Shown here piece by piece: positions 1 through 8,893 of a stretch of 50,824 nt of DNA. Source of the DNA: Bacteroidota bacterium (GTDB lineage Bacteria; Bacteroidota; Ignavibacteria; UBA10030). The stretch spans positions 1-50,824 of the forward strand of contig JACVXU010000002.1 in the NCBI GenBank assembly GCA_015661185.1, in the 5' to 3' direction. Numbering within the stretch: position 1 is the stretch's first letter; each line of letters starts with the position of its first letter. The notes below the pieces were generated by a model, which had not been told where the DNA came from, searched no databases, and was given only the letters and a program-made list of their open reading frames with translations. The position numbers and the translations under genes are program-made.

Positions 1-464
1 TCGGCCAGGGACGCGCCCAGGGGAGCGTCGGGCGGCAGGATGAGAATGCCGGAGTGGTCATCACCCAACCCGAGCTCTTTCTCCGAGCACACCATGCCCT
101 CGGAGACCACGCCCCGAATGCGGGCGGCCTGGAGGATGGCGGACTCCCCGGTGTGGCCGTCGACAAGCCGGGCCCCCACCTGAGCGAAGGGGACCATGTC
201 CCCGGCGGCGATATTCCAGGCCCCGCACACTACGGTGCTCTCTCGGCCTCCCGTGTCCACGGTGGCGAGCTGAAGCCGGTCGGCGTTGGGGTGCTTCTCC
301 AGCTTCGCGATGCGCCCCACCAGCACCTTGTCGCGATCCCACTCGCCGCCGATGACTTGGACGCCCACCACCTCGGTGCCGGACATGGAGAGGCGGTGGG
401 CTAGCTCCTTCGGCGGCAATATTATGTCTACGTACTCTTTAAGCCACTTGAGAGAGATCTTCAT
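1..464 (-). CDS. pheT: Phenylalanine--tRNA ligase beta subunit, N-terminal part (open at window edge)
   Basis: Minus-strand translation from ATG at 464-462 reads MKISLKWLKEYVDIILPPKELAHRLSMSGTEVVGV...KHPNADRLQLATVDTGG...VVCGAWNIAAGDMVPFA...IRGVVSEGMVCSEKELGL. This is the classic PheT opening plus the OB-fold tRNA-binding domain. It lies downstream of pheS on the same strand. It is absent from the ORF track because it runs off the window. Confidence 0.9.
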   Translation of the reverse strand, partial: MKISLKWLKEYVDIILPPKELAHRLSMSGTEVVGVQVIGGEWDRDKVLVGRIAKLEKHPNADRLQLATVDTGGRESTVVCGAWNIAAGDMVPFAQVGARLVDGHTGESAILQAARIRGVVSEGMVCSEKELGLGDDHSGILILPPDAPLGASLA

Positions 465-521
465 GGAATTTGTCCTAGCAAGTTAGTAAATTTATCGGGA
501 TAAAGGATTCTTGTGCCATAC

Positions 522-668
522 TCATCGGAGAAAAAACGCCAGCGCTTCCAGCACGCTACTCTTGCCGGAGCCGTTGGTGCCTACCAGGAAGGTGAGGGGC
601 CGCAGCGCCAGGTCCACTCCTGGGTCGCCGATGCTTTTGAAGTTTTAGATGGCTAATCGGGTTAGCAT
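522..668 (-). pseudogene. Relic of a P-loop (AAA_15/AAA_21/OLD/RecF-like) ATPase gene: about 48 N-terminal codons with an in-frame stop at codon 8
   Basis: Minus-strand translation from ATG 668 reads MLTRLAI*NFKSIGDPGVDLALRPLTFLVGTNGSGKSSVLEALAFFLR*. It has a Walker A motif (GTNGSGKS) and the typical ML..L.I.NFKS opening. TAA at 647-645 sits where Lys is expected, and the frame ends after 48 codons. Confidence 0.6.
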
Positions 669-695
669 TACACCATCATCCTACCACTCTTGTGG

Positions 696-750
696 TTCGA
701 CAAGCTCACCACGAACGGGAATATAACCCGTTCATCCTGAGCCTGTCGAA
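696..750. repeat. Imperfect palindromic (REP/MITE-like) element with 24-nt arms and a 7-nt loop
   Basis: Sequence is TTCGACAAGCTCACCACGAACGGG-aatataa-CCCGTTCATCCTGAGCCTGTCGAA, with arms complementary at 20 of 24 positions. The translated form (FDKLTTNG / SLSKD-type) resembles a repeat family I recall seeing as junk ORFs in several phyla. That is recollection only. Confidence 0.55.
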
Positions 751-768
751 GGACCCCCCTCCCTCTAA

Positions 769-791
769 CTCCCTCCCGCCAGGGGAGGGAG
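769..791 (-). terminator. GC-rich hairpin 9-30 nt downstream of the pheS stop (no U-tract)
   Basis: CTCCCTCCC-gccag-GGGAGGGAG forms a perfect 9-bp stem. There is no T-run on the minus strand, so terminator function is uncertain. It may belong to the adjacent repeat. Confidence 0.3.
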
Positions 792-799
792 AATCAACT

Positions 800-1837
800 C
801 TAGAACTGCCGCAGAAACCGCAGGTCGTTGGCGTAGAAGAGGCGGATGTCGTCGATGCCGTACTTTAGCATGGCGATGCGCTCCGGCCCCATGCCGAAGG
901 CGAATCCAGTGTACACCTCCGGGTCGTAGCCCACTTTCCGCAGCACGTTGGGATGCACCATACCTGCGCCCATGATCTCTATCCACCCAGAGTCCTTGCA
1001 GATCCGACACCCCGATCCTTCGCAGAAGAAGCAGTCGATGGACATATCCACCCCCGGCTCCACGAAGGGGAAGTAGTCGCAGCGGAACCGTACCTTTCGC
1101 CCCTGGCCGAAGATCCGCTGGGCGAACTGGTAGAGGGTGCCCTTCAGGTCGGCGAAGGTGATGTTCTCGTCCACCGCTAGACCCTCGATCTGGTAGAACT
1201 GGGACTCGTGGGTAGCGTCCGTGGCCTCGTAACGATAGCACTTTCCCGGCACCACAACTCGCACCGGCGGACGAGTCTTCTCCATGACCCGCACCTGCAT
1301 CGGCGAGGTGTGGGTGCGGAGGAGCATGGGCCGCTCGCTCTCCGAGGGCGGAGTGATCCAGAGCGTGTCCCACATATCCCGAGCAGGATGGTCCTTGGGG
1401 ATGTTCAACGCCTCGAAGTTATAGTAGTCCCACTCCACTTCGGGACCCTCCACCACCTGGAATCCCATGGTGACGAAGGCGTCGCAGATCTCTCGCACCA
1501 TCTGGGTCGAAGGGTGCAACCTTCCCAGTGGGGCCGAACGGCCAGGCAGGGTTACGTCTATTCGCCCAGCGGCTACGCTCTGGGCCATTTCTTGCTCCCT
1601 TATCACCCCTTCTCGCTGGGCCAGGGCCTCTTCCAGTGCCGTCTTCGCCTCGTTGGCCCGCTGGCCCAAAGCCCGGCGTTCCTCCAGGGGAAGGGCCCCC
1701 AGAGTCCGCAGGACGGCGGTCAGGCGACCGCTTCGGCCCAGGTAGGCCACCCGCCACTCATCCAGACGCTTTACTTCGCCTATAGATTCCAGCTCCTTTA
1801 GAGCCTCGTTTTTGATAGTCTCTACATCGTCAGGCAT
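800..1837 (-). CDS. pheS: Phenylalanine--tRNA ligase alpha subunit
   Basis: 345-aa ORF with class II aaRS signatures ([50 protein letters not shown]). pheT follows on the same strand. Confidence 0.97.
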   Translation of the reverse strand: MPDDVETIKNEALKELESIGEVKRLDEWRVAYLGRSGRLTAVLRTLGALPLEERRALGQRANEAKTALEEALAQREGVIREQEMAQSVAAGRIDVTLPGRSAPLGRLHPSTQMVREICDAFVTMGFQVVEGPEVEWDYYNFEALNIPKDHPARDMWDTLWITPPSESERPMLLRTHTSPMQVRVMEKTRPPVRVVVPGKCYRYEATDATHESQFYQIEGLAVDENITFADLKGTLYQFAQRIFGQGRKVRFRCDYFPFVEPGVDMSIDCFFCEGSGCRICKDSGWIEIMGAGMVHPNVLRKVGYDPEVYTGFAFGMGPERIAMLKYGIDDIRLFYANDLRFLRQF

Positions 1838-1920
1838 GATTCAATCCCTAAGGTTGTTATTCCCAATTTACCACTCCTGGCAATAGTGGCAAGCCCACCA
1901 TATTCCTGGCGAGCGGCTAA

Positions 1921-1950
1921 ATTATAGGGTAGCCACTGCATCAGGGTCAA
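1921..1950 (-). promoter_or_regulatory. Sigma70-type promoter candidate for pheS
   Basis: The minus strand reads TTGACC-18 nt-TATAAT, about 85 nt upstream of the pheS ATG. Confidence 0.4.
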
Positions 1951-2173
1951 GAAAAGTCGAGCGCCCAGTGGGTATAGTGGCATAAGAATGGGAAATATGG
2001 TATTTTATAGCACACATAGCGTATCCTTTGCCAGATTGTCCACTTGGCCGGCATGTTGTATTTTGGCATTGGCGGTTCTAAGTATGATGGGTGAGCCTGA
2101 TACCGATAGAGATCACAGCGGATGTTCTACCGAATCGAGAGATCGTGTAACTTGTAACTGGGGAGAGTAGGTT

Positions 2174-2779
2174 GTGCTGAGGTTTTCTTGGGACTATAAA
2201 GACCAGTTCAAAGAGATGTCTGCGGGAGTCGAGGCTCCCAAAGGCGCACAGGAGAAGGGAGGGTTTCCTCCTGCCCTACTCGCTTTCCTTCCCGCCTTCT
2301 ACGGCCTTACCCCTGATGAGACGAGGGAGATTGCGACAATAATCGTCAAGGTAGCCTACCGCCAAGGCCAGGTCGTCTTCGACGAAAGCTCTCCCGGCGA
2401 CGCCCTGTATGTGATCTTGAGAGGTAGGGTAGACATTAGGGTGGGAGTCGGCGACGAAGCGCGCACCATCGCCAGCCTGCCCGAGGGTTCCATACTCGGA
2501 GAGCTGGCCCTACTTGACCAGCAGACCCGCTCCGCCAGCGCGGTGGCCTCAGAGGAGACAGTTCTGCTACGCCTGGAAACCGATGAGGTCCACGACCTGA
2601 TGAGCCGAGGCAGCGTAGCCGCCTACAAAGTCATCTACAATCTGGGACGGGTCGTGGCCCAAAGGCTGCGAGCGGTGAATAAGCAGTTAGTTAATGCGTT
2701 GAGCGACAGCAACCAAAAGGGCTCTGAAGAAGAGATAACTGAGCTGGAGAAGAAGCTTTTAACGGAATGGAACTTCTAG
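2174..2779 (+). CDS. Cyclic nucleotide-binding domain protein (no output domain visible)
   Basis: GTG start behind GGGGAGAG. The cNMP-binding signature is GDALYVILRGRVDI...GELALLD...RSASAVA. No HTH or enzymatic domain follows, only a short acidic coiled tail. Confidence 0.85.
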   Translation: MLRFSWDYKDQFKEMSAGVEAPKGAQEKGGFPPALLAFLPAFYGLTPDETREIATIIVKVAYRQGQVVFDESSPGDALYVILRGRVDIRVGVGDEARTIASLPEGSILGELALLDQQTRSASAVASEETVLLRLETDEVHDLMSRGSVAAYKVIYNLGRVVAQRLRAVNKQLVNALSDSNQKGSEEEITELEKKLLTEWNF

Positions 2780-2880
2780 ACCAAGATCACAGCCTCAGGA
2801 TTTGATAGCCTTCTCATTTGTCTGGACAGAGGTAGGGGCTTGATGTACAATTAAAGCTAGAAGCCCTATGGGAGGAGGAT

Positions 2881-3282
2881 ATGTCTAACAGGTTTGAGCG
2901 AGAAATCGATGAGTTGTTAGCCAAACTGGGTGACTTTACCCCCAGAGACACCGTTTCCCGAAGGATCGGACGGGTAGTCATCTACTGGCAGTACCGGTGG
3001 CAGGGGTTCATCAGCAAAATTAGTAGGTTTTGGATAGCCCCTGAAAAGCTGATGCTATCTAGCTTGCTCATCATCGTGGCCTCTTACTTCCTCCGCTTCG
3101 CTTTGCCCGGCATAGCCCGCTACGCCGGAGTGCTGGGGGTGATACTATTCTTCGCATCCTTCCTCCTAGCGCTAAGTTCAGGAGGCCGTAGAGATAAACA
3201 GATGCGCTGGCGCGGACACCCTATAGATCTTCCCAGGAATAGGCCAGCCTGGCTACCGGTGTGGCTCCGACGGTGGTTCTAG
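2881..3282 (+). CDS. Hypothetical small membrane protein (2 predicted TM helices)
   Basis: Strong RBS (GGGAGGAGGAT before the ATG). Hydrophobic stretches are LMLSSLLIIVASYFLRFALPGI and AGVLGVILFFASFLLAL. I recognise no family. Confidence 0.6.
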   Translation: MSNRFEREIDELLAKLGDFTPRDTVSRRIGRVVIYWQYRWQGFISKISRFWIAPEKLMLSSLLIIVASYFLRFALPGIARYAGVLGVILFFASFLLALSSGGRRDKQMRWRGHPIDLPRNRPAWLPVWLRRWF

Positions 3283-3325
3283 GCAGGGAAGATTGTGACT
3301 TCCGTTAAAGGAATGACCGCCTTAC

Positions 3326-3721
3326 ATGATGGACAACGAATTCTCTGTAGATATAGCTGAGATCAAGCGCGTCATCAGTAGCGCCGATGTCATGCTGATA
3401 CGTTTTCCTCATATTGACAAGAGGTTGCTTATAGATGCCCGCCACGACGACCAGGAGGGCCCCATAGTCAAAGTAGTCCCCAGGGTCGGATCGGCAGCGG
3501 AACGGTTCCGCCACCTCAAAGAGTTGCGTCCCCGATTCCCAATGCCCCAGAACATAGTATCCTTTACCTGGCCCAAACATGTGGGCAGCCTGGAGGAGTA
3601 CGGGGTCTGGCAGGCTATCCTGGATAGGTGCGCCAGCACTGGATACTCCGGATGGGAGAGAGACTGCCAGGGATCATACCGGGAGCTAGCTATAGCCGAA
3701 CACCGGGAGTGCCTGACATAA
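3326..3721 (+). CDS. Hypothetical protein
   Basis: 131-aa ORF co-oriented with its neighbours. No recognisable motif. Its 3' end overlaps the likely GTG start of the kinase gene. Confidence 0.45.
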   Translation: MMDNEFSVDIAEIKRVISSADVMLIRFPHIDKRLLIDARHDDQEGPIVKVVPRVGSAAERFRHLKELRPRFPMPQNIVSFTWPKHVGSLEEYGVWQAILDRCASTGYSGWERDCQGSYRELAIAEHRECLT

Positions 3722-4671
3722 TTTCCATCGGGGAATGTATGGTGGAGCTGTACGCCACGGCTCCCCTCCCAGAGGCCACGGTATTTCACAGGTCCTTCGG
3801 GGGCGATTCCCTAAATACCCTGGTTGCCGCCTCCCGACTGGGCTCTTCAACGGGATACATAACCAAAGTTGGAGATGACCCCTTCGCCCCCGGCCTCCTC
3901 AACGGATGGCAGCTAGAGAGAGTAGACACGTCTCGCGTCCAGGTTGTGCCAGGATACAACGGAGTGTACTTCGTCTCTGTGATACCAGGAGGCCAACGAG
4001 AGTTCACGTATTACAGGTCTGGCAGTGCCGCCTCCACCCTCACCCCCCATGACTTAGACCAATCGTACATAGCTACCTCTACAATTCTCCACGTCACGGG
4101 CATAAGCCAGGCTATCTCTCCATCCTGTAGGGGGGCTGTCCTGATGGCCTGTCAGATGGCGAAGGAGGCGGGAGTAATCGTCTCCTATGACCTCAATCTC
4201 CGTCCATCACTCTGGCCATCCCTGGAGGATGCGAGATCAGCCCTGGAAGAGATCATGCCTTACCTGGACATAGTCTTCGCCAGCACCCCCGATGACACCC
4301 GGGGCCTTATCCGTCTCTCCGAACCTGAGGAAGTTATTCACCACTTCTGGGACAAAGGCGTAAAGGTGGTGGCAGTGAAGACCGGCGGCGATGGATGCGC
4401 CGTTGGAGAGGCCAGCAGCGGAGGAATGGTAACCATACCAGCTCCAGCGGTGAAGGTTGTGGACACGACGGGAGCCGGGGATGCCTTTAACGGCGCCTTT
4501 CTCCACGGTATTGCCACCGGTATGGACACTGTATCGGCGGCGGCGCTGGCAGTAGTTACTGCATCCTTGAAGGTAAGAGGACGGGGCGCTGTCGCCAGCC
4601 TCCCTTCTTCCGATGAGGTGCATCCCCTCTGGGAGAAACACCTGAGTACGGTAAGGAGATCATCCACCTAA
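3709..4671 (+). CDS. PfkB-family sugar kinase (2-keto-3-deoxygluconate kinase-like)
   Basis: N-terminal motif IISIGECMVEL...GGDSLNT and C-terminal motif DTTGAGDAFNGAFLHG. The ORF opens at 3628, but in-frame GTG 3709 gives the usual N-terminus. Confidence 0.85.
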   Translation: MPDIISIGECMVELYATAPLPEATVFHRSFGGDSLNTLVAASRLGSSTGYITKVGDDPFAPGLLNGWQLERVDTSRVQVVPGYNGVYFVSVIPGGQREFTYYRSGSAASTLTPHDLDQSYIATSTILHVTGISQAISPSCRGAVLMACQMAKEAGVIVSYDLNLRPSLWPSLEDARSALEEIMPYLDIVFASTPDDTRGLIRLSEPEEVIHHFWDKGVKVVAVKTGGDGCAVGEASSGGMVTIPAPAVKVVDTTGAGDAFNGAFLHGIATGMDTVSAAALAVVTASLKVRGRGAVASLPSSDEVHPLWEKHLSTVRRSST

Positions 4672-4672
4672 G

Positions 4673-5977
4673 TCACCGAGGCTCTTGAGCAAGAGCCTCC
4701 TGAGAATAGGCCCTCTCAGGTAGCTTGGGAGGCTTGGCCATCAGCACCAGGAAACCCGAGATCACATAGGTGAAGACGAACATCGTGAACACCCCGGAGT
4801 AAGAGCCTGTGAGATCATAGGCCGCAGCAGCAATCAGCGGCCCAAGACCCAGAGCCAGCATCTGGAAGGGCACTACAACTCCAGATATACTGCCGAAAGA
4901 GCCTCTGCCGTAGTAGCGACCGATGAGAAGGTTTATCAACTCACCCTCGCCTCTGGCGGCAAGGCCGAAGCAGACGGCCCAAAGGTACGCCAATGGCGCG
5001 CTCCTTATGAATATCAGCATCGCCACCGCAGCGGCTGATAGGAAGTTGGCAATAATAGCGCAGCGACGCTCGTGGAACTTCTCGGCCAAAAATCCCCAGG
5101 TGAAGTTAGATATAGCCCCGGAGAGGGCATAAACGCTCAAGACGCTGGCTGCGACTTTGGCCGATATCCCCATGTCGGTAAAGTAAGCCACCTGATGGAA
5201 CCCTATAGAGCCGTTAGCGAGGAGGGCCGCGAAGAAGCTGGAGATAATAAGCCACAGGGCCTGCGTCCTTACGGCTTCGGAAACGGTCCAGCTAAAATCC
5301 GCCCGGATCACACCTTCCTTAGGCGACTCCCTTTCGCTACCCGATACCTGGGCCGGGGATTCTCCATCTGGCAATAACCCCAAGTCCTCCGGACTTCGGC
5401 GCATCACTATCCATGAGGGAGCTACCACCAGGACCCAGGTCATCAAAGCAAGCAGGGAATAAACGTTGCGCCAACTGGAAGCCTCGATTATAAGCTGGGA
5501 CGTGAAGGCCAAGGCGGAAGCACCCAAAGGCAGGGCCATGGTGGTTAGTCCCATGGCGCGCCCCCTCTTGGCTACGAACCAGTTGGTAACTGCCGTGAGA
5601 GGCACCACCCCAGCCATGGCGTTAGTAGACAAGGCCCTAGCCACTACGTAGGCCACGTAGAGATGCCACAAACTTCCGATTCTCGCCAGGGCCAGGAACG
5701 CCCCACCAACCACCAGAGCCCCTGTGGGCATCAAAGCCCTGGGGCCAAAGCGGTCGGCCAATCTACCTGCGAAAGGGGCAAGCAAGCCCCCAGCAACGCT
5801 TCCTGCCGTTAGCGCCCCCGTCACCATAGTCCTAGTCCACCCCATTTCCAGGGTCATTGGTTTGAGAACAACCGACATCACGACGTTGGAGGCGCCTGAG
5901 GCCATGAAGCTGGAGACCATGGTCATGGCCACAATTGACCAGCCTCGGAATATTCGCCGGGACGATGATTTTGACAT
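4673..5977 (-). CDS. MFS transporter
   Basis: 434 aa with about 12 hydrophobic segments and a central loop. GRLADRFGPR is an MFS loop 2-3 motif. It is convergent with the kinase gene, with a 1-nt gap. Confidence 0.9.
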   Translation of the reverse strand: MSKSSSRRIFRGWSIVAMTMVSSFMASGASNVVMSVVLKPMTLEMGWTRTMVTGALTAGSVAGGLLAPFAGRLADRFGPRALMPTGALVVGGAFLALARIGSLWHLYVAYVVARALSTNAMAGVVPLTAVTNWFVAKRGRAMGLTTMALPLGASALAFTSQLIIEASSWRNVYSLLALMTWVLVVAPSWIVMRRSPEDLGLLPDGESPAQVSGSERESPKEGVIRADFSWTVSEAVRTQALWLIISSFFAALLANGSIGFHQVAYFTDMGISAKVAASVLSVYALSGAISNFTWGFLAEKFHERRCAIIANFLSAAAVAMLIFIRSAPLAYLWAVCFGLAARGEGELINLLIGRYYGRGSFGSISGVVVPFQMLALGLGPLIAAAAYDLTGSYSGVFTMFVFTYVISGFLVLMAKPPKLPERAYSQEALAQEPR

Positions 5978-6101
5978 TCAGAACTCCATCAAATTTTCTG
6001 TGCCCAAGGCCATATTATACCACACCACCATCCTTGTCCCTGATGGGTCACCTTCTGGGGATTGTTGCGTCTCTAAGCGCACCGATGGTAGCATAGCCTC
6101 G

Positions 6102-7403
6102 ATGATAACCATAGACGACATCTTGAAAGCCCATTCCGCAATACAGGACCTGGTGCACCGCACTCCTGTCCTCTCTTCGGAGTCCATTGGCCGCATGGCA
6201 AGGTGCCGCCTTTTCCTCAAGGCGGAGAACCTGCAACGGACCGGGTCATTCAAAGTCCGAGGCGCTTTCAACAAAATGTCTAACCTCTCTCCAGAGGCGC
6301 GATCCAAAGGGGTAGTGGCCGCCAGCGCGGGCAATCACGCTCAGGGGGTAGCCCTGGCCGCCTCCCGTCTGGGGGTGCGAGCCACCATAGTTATGCCTGA
6401 GATGGCGTCCCTAGCTAAAGTGGAGGCCACCAAGGGGTACGGCGCGAAGGTCATCCTTCACGGGGACAACTTCGACCAGGCCGTGTCCAAGGCAAGGGAG
6501 CTGGAGTATAATGAGGGCCTCACTCTGATCCCCGCCTTTGACGATCCCCACGTGATCGCAGGCCAAGGGACTCTGGGGCTGGAGGTGTTGGAGCAGGTCA
6601 CTGAAGCCGATGTCATACTAGTGCCCGTAGGCGGGGGCGGCCTCATCAGCGGTGTGGCCTTAGCCGTCAAGGCTCTTCGGCCGTCGGTGCGGATTATCGG
6701 AGTCCAGGCCTCCGCGGCTACTGCGGCCCTGCGATCCTATACGGAGAGGCGCGTGATGTCCGTAACTCCCCACAACACCCTGGCCGACGGCATCGCCGTA
6801 GGAGCCCCCGGCCAGCTAACTCTGCCAATGATGTTGAAACTCGTGGACGACATGGTCGAGGTGAGCGAGGAGGAGATAAGCCAGGCCATGGTGCTCCTTT
6901 TGGAGCGAACCAAGCTACTAGTGGAAGGAGCAGGAGCAACACCCCTCGCGGCTCTCCTTTCGGGCAAGGTGTCTTGCCAGGGCCAGACGGTGGTCGCCGT
7001 TCTCAGCGGAGGCAACATCGATGTAGGGCTGTTAGACAGAGTAGTGGAACATGGGTTGACCACAGCAGGTCGGTACCTCATTATCAGGGTCAAGATGGAT
7101 GACCGTCCCGGCCGCTTGGCTCATCTCCTAGATCACATCGCTGCCATAAAGGTGAACGTCCTGGAGGTCGAGCACCACCGCACCGGCCTTCCCCTGCCCG
7201 TCGGCCAAGTGGAGGTCCAGCTCACCCTGGAAACTAAGACCTCAGAGCATGGCGAAGAGATCTGCAAGAGGCTCAGGTCAGCGGGATACATGGAGACAGG
7301 CACAGAGGCCTACGGTTTGGAGAGGAAGCCGAAGGAGGACCTAGCGAGAGCTTCGTCGATTACCTCCAAGGGTCTGGTGCGCTACTTCACCAACATAGAG
7401 TAA
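6102..7403 (+). CDS. ilvA: Threonine ammonia-lyase (threonine dehydratase) with C-terminal ACT-like domain
   Basis: PLP-lysine motif TGSFKVRGAFN, the GNHAQGVA motif and a GGGGL loop. The ORF is open from 5724, but that extension is antisense to the MFS gene. ATG 6102 (MITIDDILKAH) gives the normal N-terminus. Confidence 0.92.
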   Translation: MITIDDILKAHSAIQDLVHRTPVLSSESIGRMARCRLFLKAENLQRTGSFKVRGAFNKMSNLSPEARSKGVVAASAGNHAQGVALAASRLGVRATIVMPEMASLAKVEATKGYGAKVILHGDNFDQAVSKARELEYNEGLTLIPAFDDPHVIAGQGTLGLEVLEQVTEADVILVPVGGGGLISGVALAVKALRPSVRIIGVQASAATAALRSYTERRVMSVTPHNTLADGIAVGAPGQLTLPMMLKLVDDMVEVSEEEISQAMVLLLERTKLLVEGAGATPLAALLSGKVSCQGQTVVAVLSGGNIDVGLLDRVVEHGLTTAGRYLIIRVKMDDRPGRLAHLLDHIAAIKVNVLEVEHHRTGLPLPVGQVEVQLTLETKTSEHGEEICKRLRSAGYMETGTEAYGLERKPKEDLARASSITSKGLVRYFTNIE

Positions 7404-7449
7404 AGGAGAACAACTGTGACCGAGTTTATATACTGGTTGAACCAATCTG

Positions 7450-7623
7450 CAGGACATGATCGAGAGGCTCCTTCCGCTGTCTCGCAGCCGAGATGAAGAC
7501 GCGCAAATTTTCGACCAGCTTACGCTGGCCGACAAAGTCCTCGAGCTGGCTCGGGCGAAGCGTCTGGTCGAGCTCCAACTCGTTTTCGAGTCGTTCAGGT
7601 GAAGTGTGGTCTGATGTCCTCAT
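7450..7623 (-). pseudogene. ruvB: Holliday junction helicase RuvB, first 58 codons only (truncated before Walker A)
   Basis: [58 protein letters not shown] is a canonical RuvB N-terminus directly downstream of ruvA. The frame then reads QIGSTSI* instead of L.GPPGLGKTT. Confidence 0.85.
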
Positions 7624-7701
7624 ATATGCAAAAGGTAGCAAGAACGTGAGAGAGTTTCCATGTCAATCGATCGGGATGGGAACGTCTCGATTGTCTGCCG
7701 T

Positions 7702-8310
7702 TCAGGCAGAGTTTGTGGAGTGGAGAGCCCTCTTGATGAGGGTCTGGAGTGAGAGTTTTTCTCCCTTCGCTTCAGTCAGAACTTGTCGCAGTGCTTTTTC
7801 GGCGATCGGCCTGTTGTAACCGAGAGACGTAAGCGCAAGCAGGGCCTCCTGGCGCAATTCTTCTTGTCCATCCTGGAGTGGAAATGAACTTTGATCGATC
7901 GCCAAGACCTTTCCGATCTTGTCGCGCAGCTCGATGACAAGACGCTCTGCCGTTTTTCTCCCAACCCCCGGGATGGCGGTCAGAGCAGAGATGTTTTCCC
8001 GGGCGATGTGCTGCTTCAGATCGGACACTGCTATTCCGGACAGAATTCCCTGCGCGATTTTCGGGCCAACGCCATTGACGGAAATGAGGAGCTTGAAGAA
8101 AAAACGCTCTTCGACCGTGGCAAATCCGAATAATTGAAGGGCGTCCTCACGCACGTGAAGATGCGTGGAGAGAGACACGTGCGAGCCAATGTCCCCAAGC
8201 TTTTCGAATGTCGAGAGAGGGATAATGACCGAATACCCGATACCGTTGACGTCGATGAGGACCTCGGTCGGGGTCTTGGCCTTCAAAATTCCCGTGAGAG
8301 AAGCGATCAT
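7702..8310 (-). CDS. ruvA: Holliday junction DNA helicase RuvA
   Basis: MIASLTGILKAKTPTEVLIDVNGIGYSV..., HhH motifs (GVGPKIA, IPGVGRKTAERL). 4-nt overlap with ruvC. Confidence 0.95.
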   Translation of the reverse strand: MIASLTGILKAKTPTEVLIDVNGIGYSVIIPLSTFEKLGDIGSHVSLSTHLHVREDALQLFGFATVEERFFFKLLISVNGVGPKIAQGILSGIAVSDLKQHIARENISALTAIPGVGRKTAERLVIELRDKIGKVLAIDQSSFPLQDGQEELRQEALLALTSLGYNRPIAEKALRQVLTEAKGEKLSLQTLIKRALHSTNSA

Positions 8311-8879
8311 CGAGGTCTCACAAGTTTCTCAGGGTGTGCCTGAACGTAGGACTTCCATGAGCGGATAGGTTGTTTCTGTTTTCCCGAGGTTCTTCCGGCT
8401 CCACGCGCTTTCACCGACCTGTGAAAGTGGCAGAGTGCGACAGCAAGGGCGTCCGTTGCGTCGTAGAACTTCGGAGGAGATTTTAGATTCAATAACGATT
8501 GCACCATGTAGCTCACTTGATCCTTGGACGCTGCCCCGGTTCCAACGACGGCCCGTTTCACCTCGCGGGGCGAGTATTCTGCCGTGGGGATTTCATGATT
8601 GACAGCAGCAAGGATTGAGACGCCGCGTGCGTGACCCAGCTTCATCGCCGATTGGGCGTTCTTACCGTAGAATGCGGTTTCGATGGCAAACTCATCTGGA
8701 TGGAAGCGGTCGATGACTTTGCAGAGGGTCACGTAGATCGCCTTCAACCGTGCCGGCATCGTATGGTCACTTCGATTCTGCACGACGTCATAATCGAGCA
8801 CTTTGAACCTGCCGTTCTTTTCCTCGATCACTCCGTAGCCCGTGATAAGGGTCCCGGGATCGACACCAAGGATGATCAT
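8307..8879 (-). CDS. ruvC: Crossover junction endodeoxyribonuclease RuvC
   Basis: MIILGVDPGTLITGYGVIE... Start taken at ATG 8879. The ORF extends to a TTG at 8897. Confidence 0.95.
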   Translation of the reverse strand: MIILGVDPGTLITGYGVIEEKNGRFKVLDYDVVQNRSDHTMPARLKAIYVTLCKVIDRFHPDEFAIETAFYGKNAQSAMKLGHARGVSILAAVNHEIPTAEYSPREVKRAVVGTGAASKDQVSYMVQSLLNLKSPPKFYDATDALAVALCHFHRSVKARGAGRTSGKQKQPIRSWKSYVQAHPEKLVRPR

Positions 8880-8893
8880 AGGCTCATCGGAGG

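Noticed and set aside
54-404. Plus- and minus-strand ORFs (54-404 +, 61-342 -, 286-486 +) at the left edge.
   Set aside because: The region is fully explained by the pheT N-terminus in another minus-strand frame. These translations are Gly/Pro/Arg-rich noise.
690-705. GGTTCGA, resembling a tRNA T-loop.
   Set aside because: No acceptor, D or anticodon stems can be drawn. The bases form the left arm of the palindromic repeat.
5724-6101. 5' extension of the ilvA ORF by 126 codons.
   Set aside because: The extension is antisense to the MFS transporter gene and unlike any threonine dehydratase N-terminus. ATG 6102 gives the canonical start.
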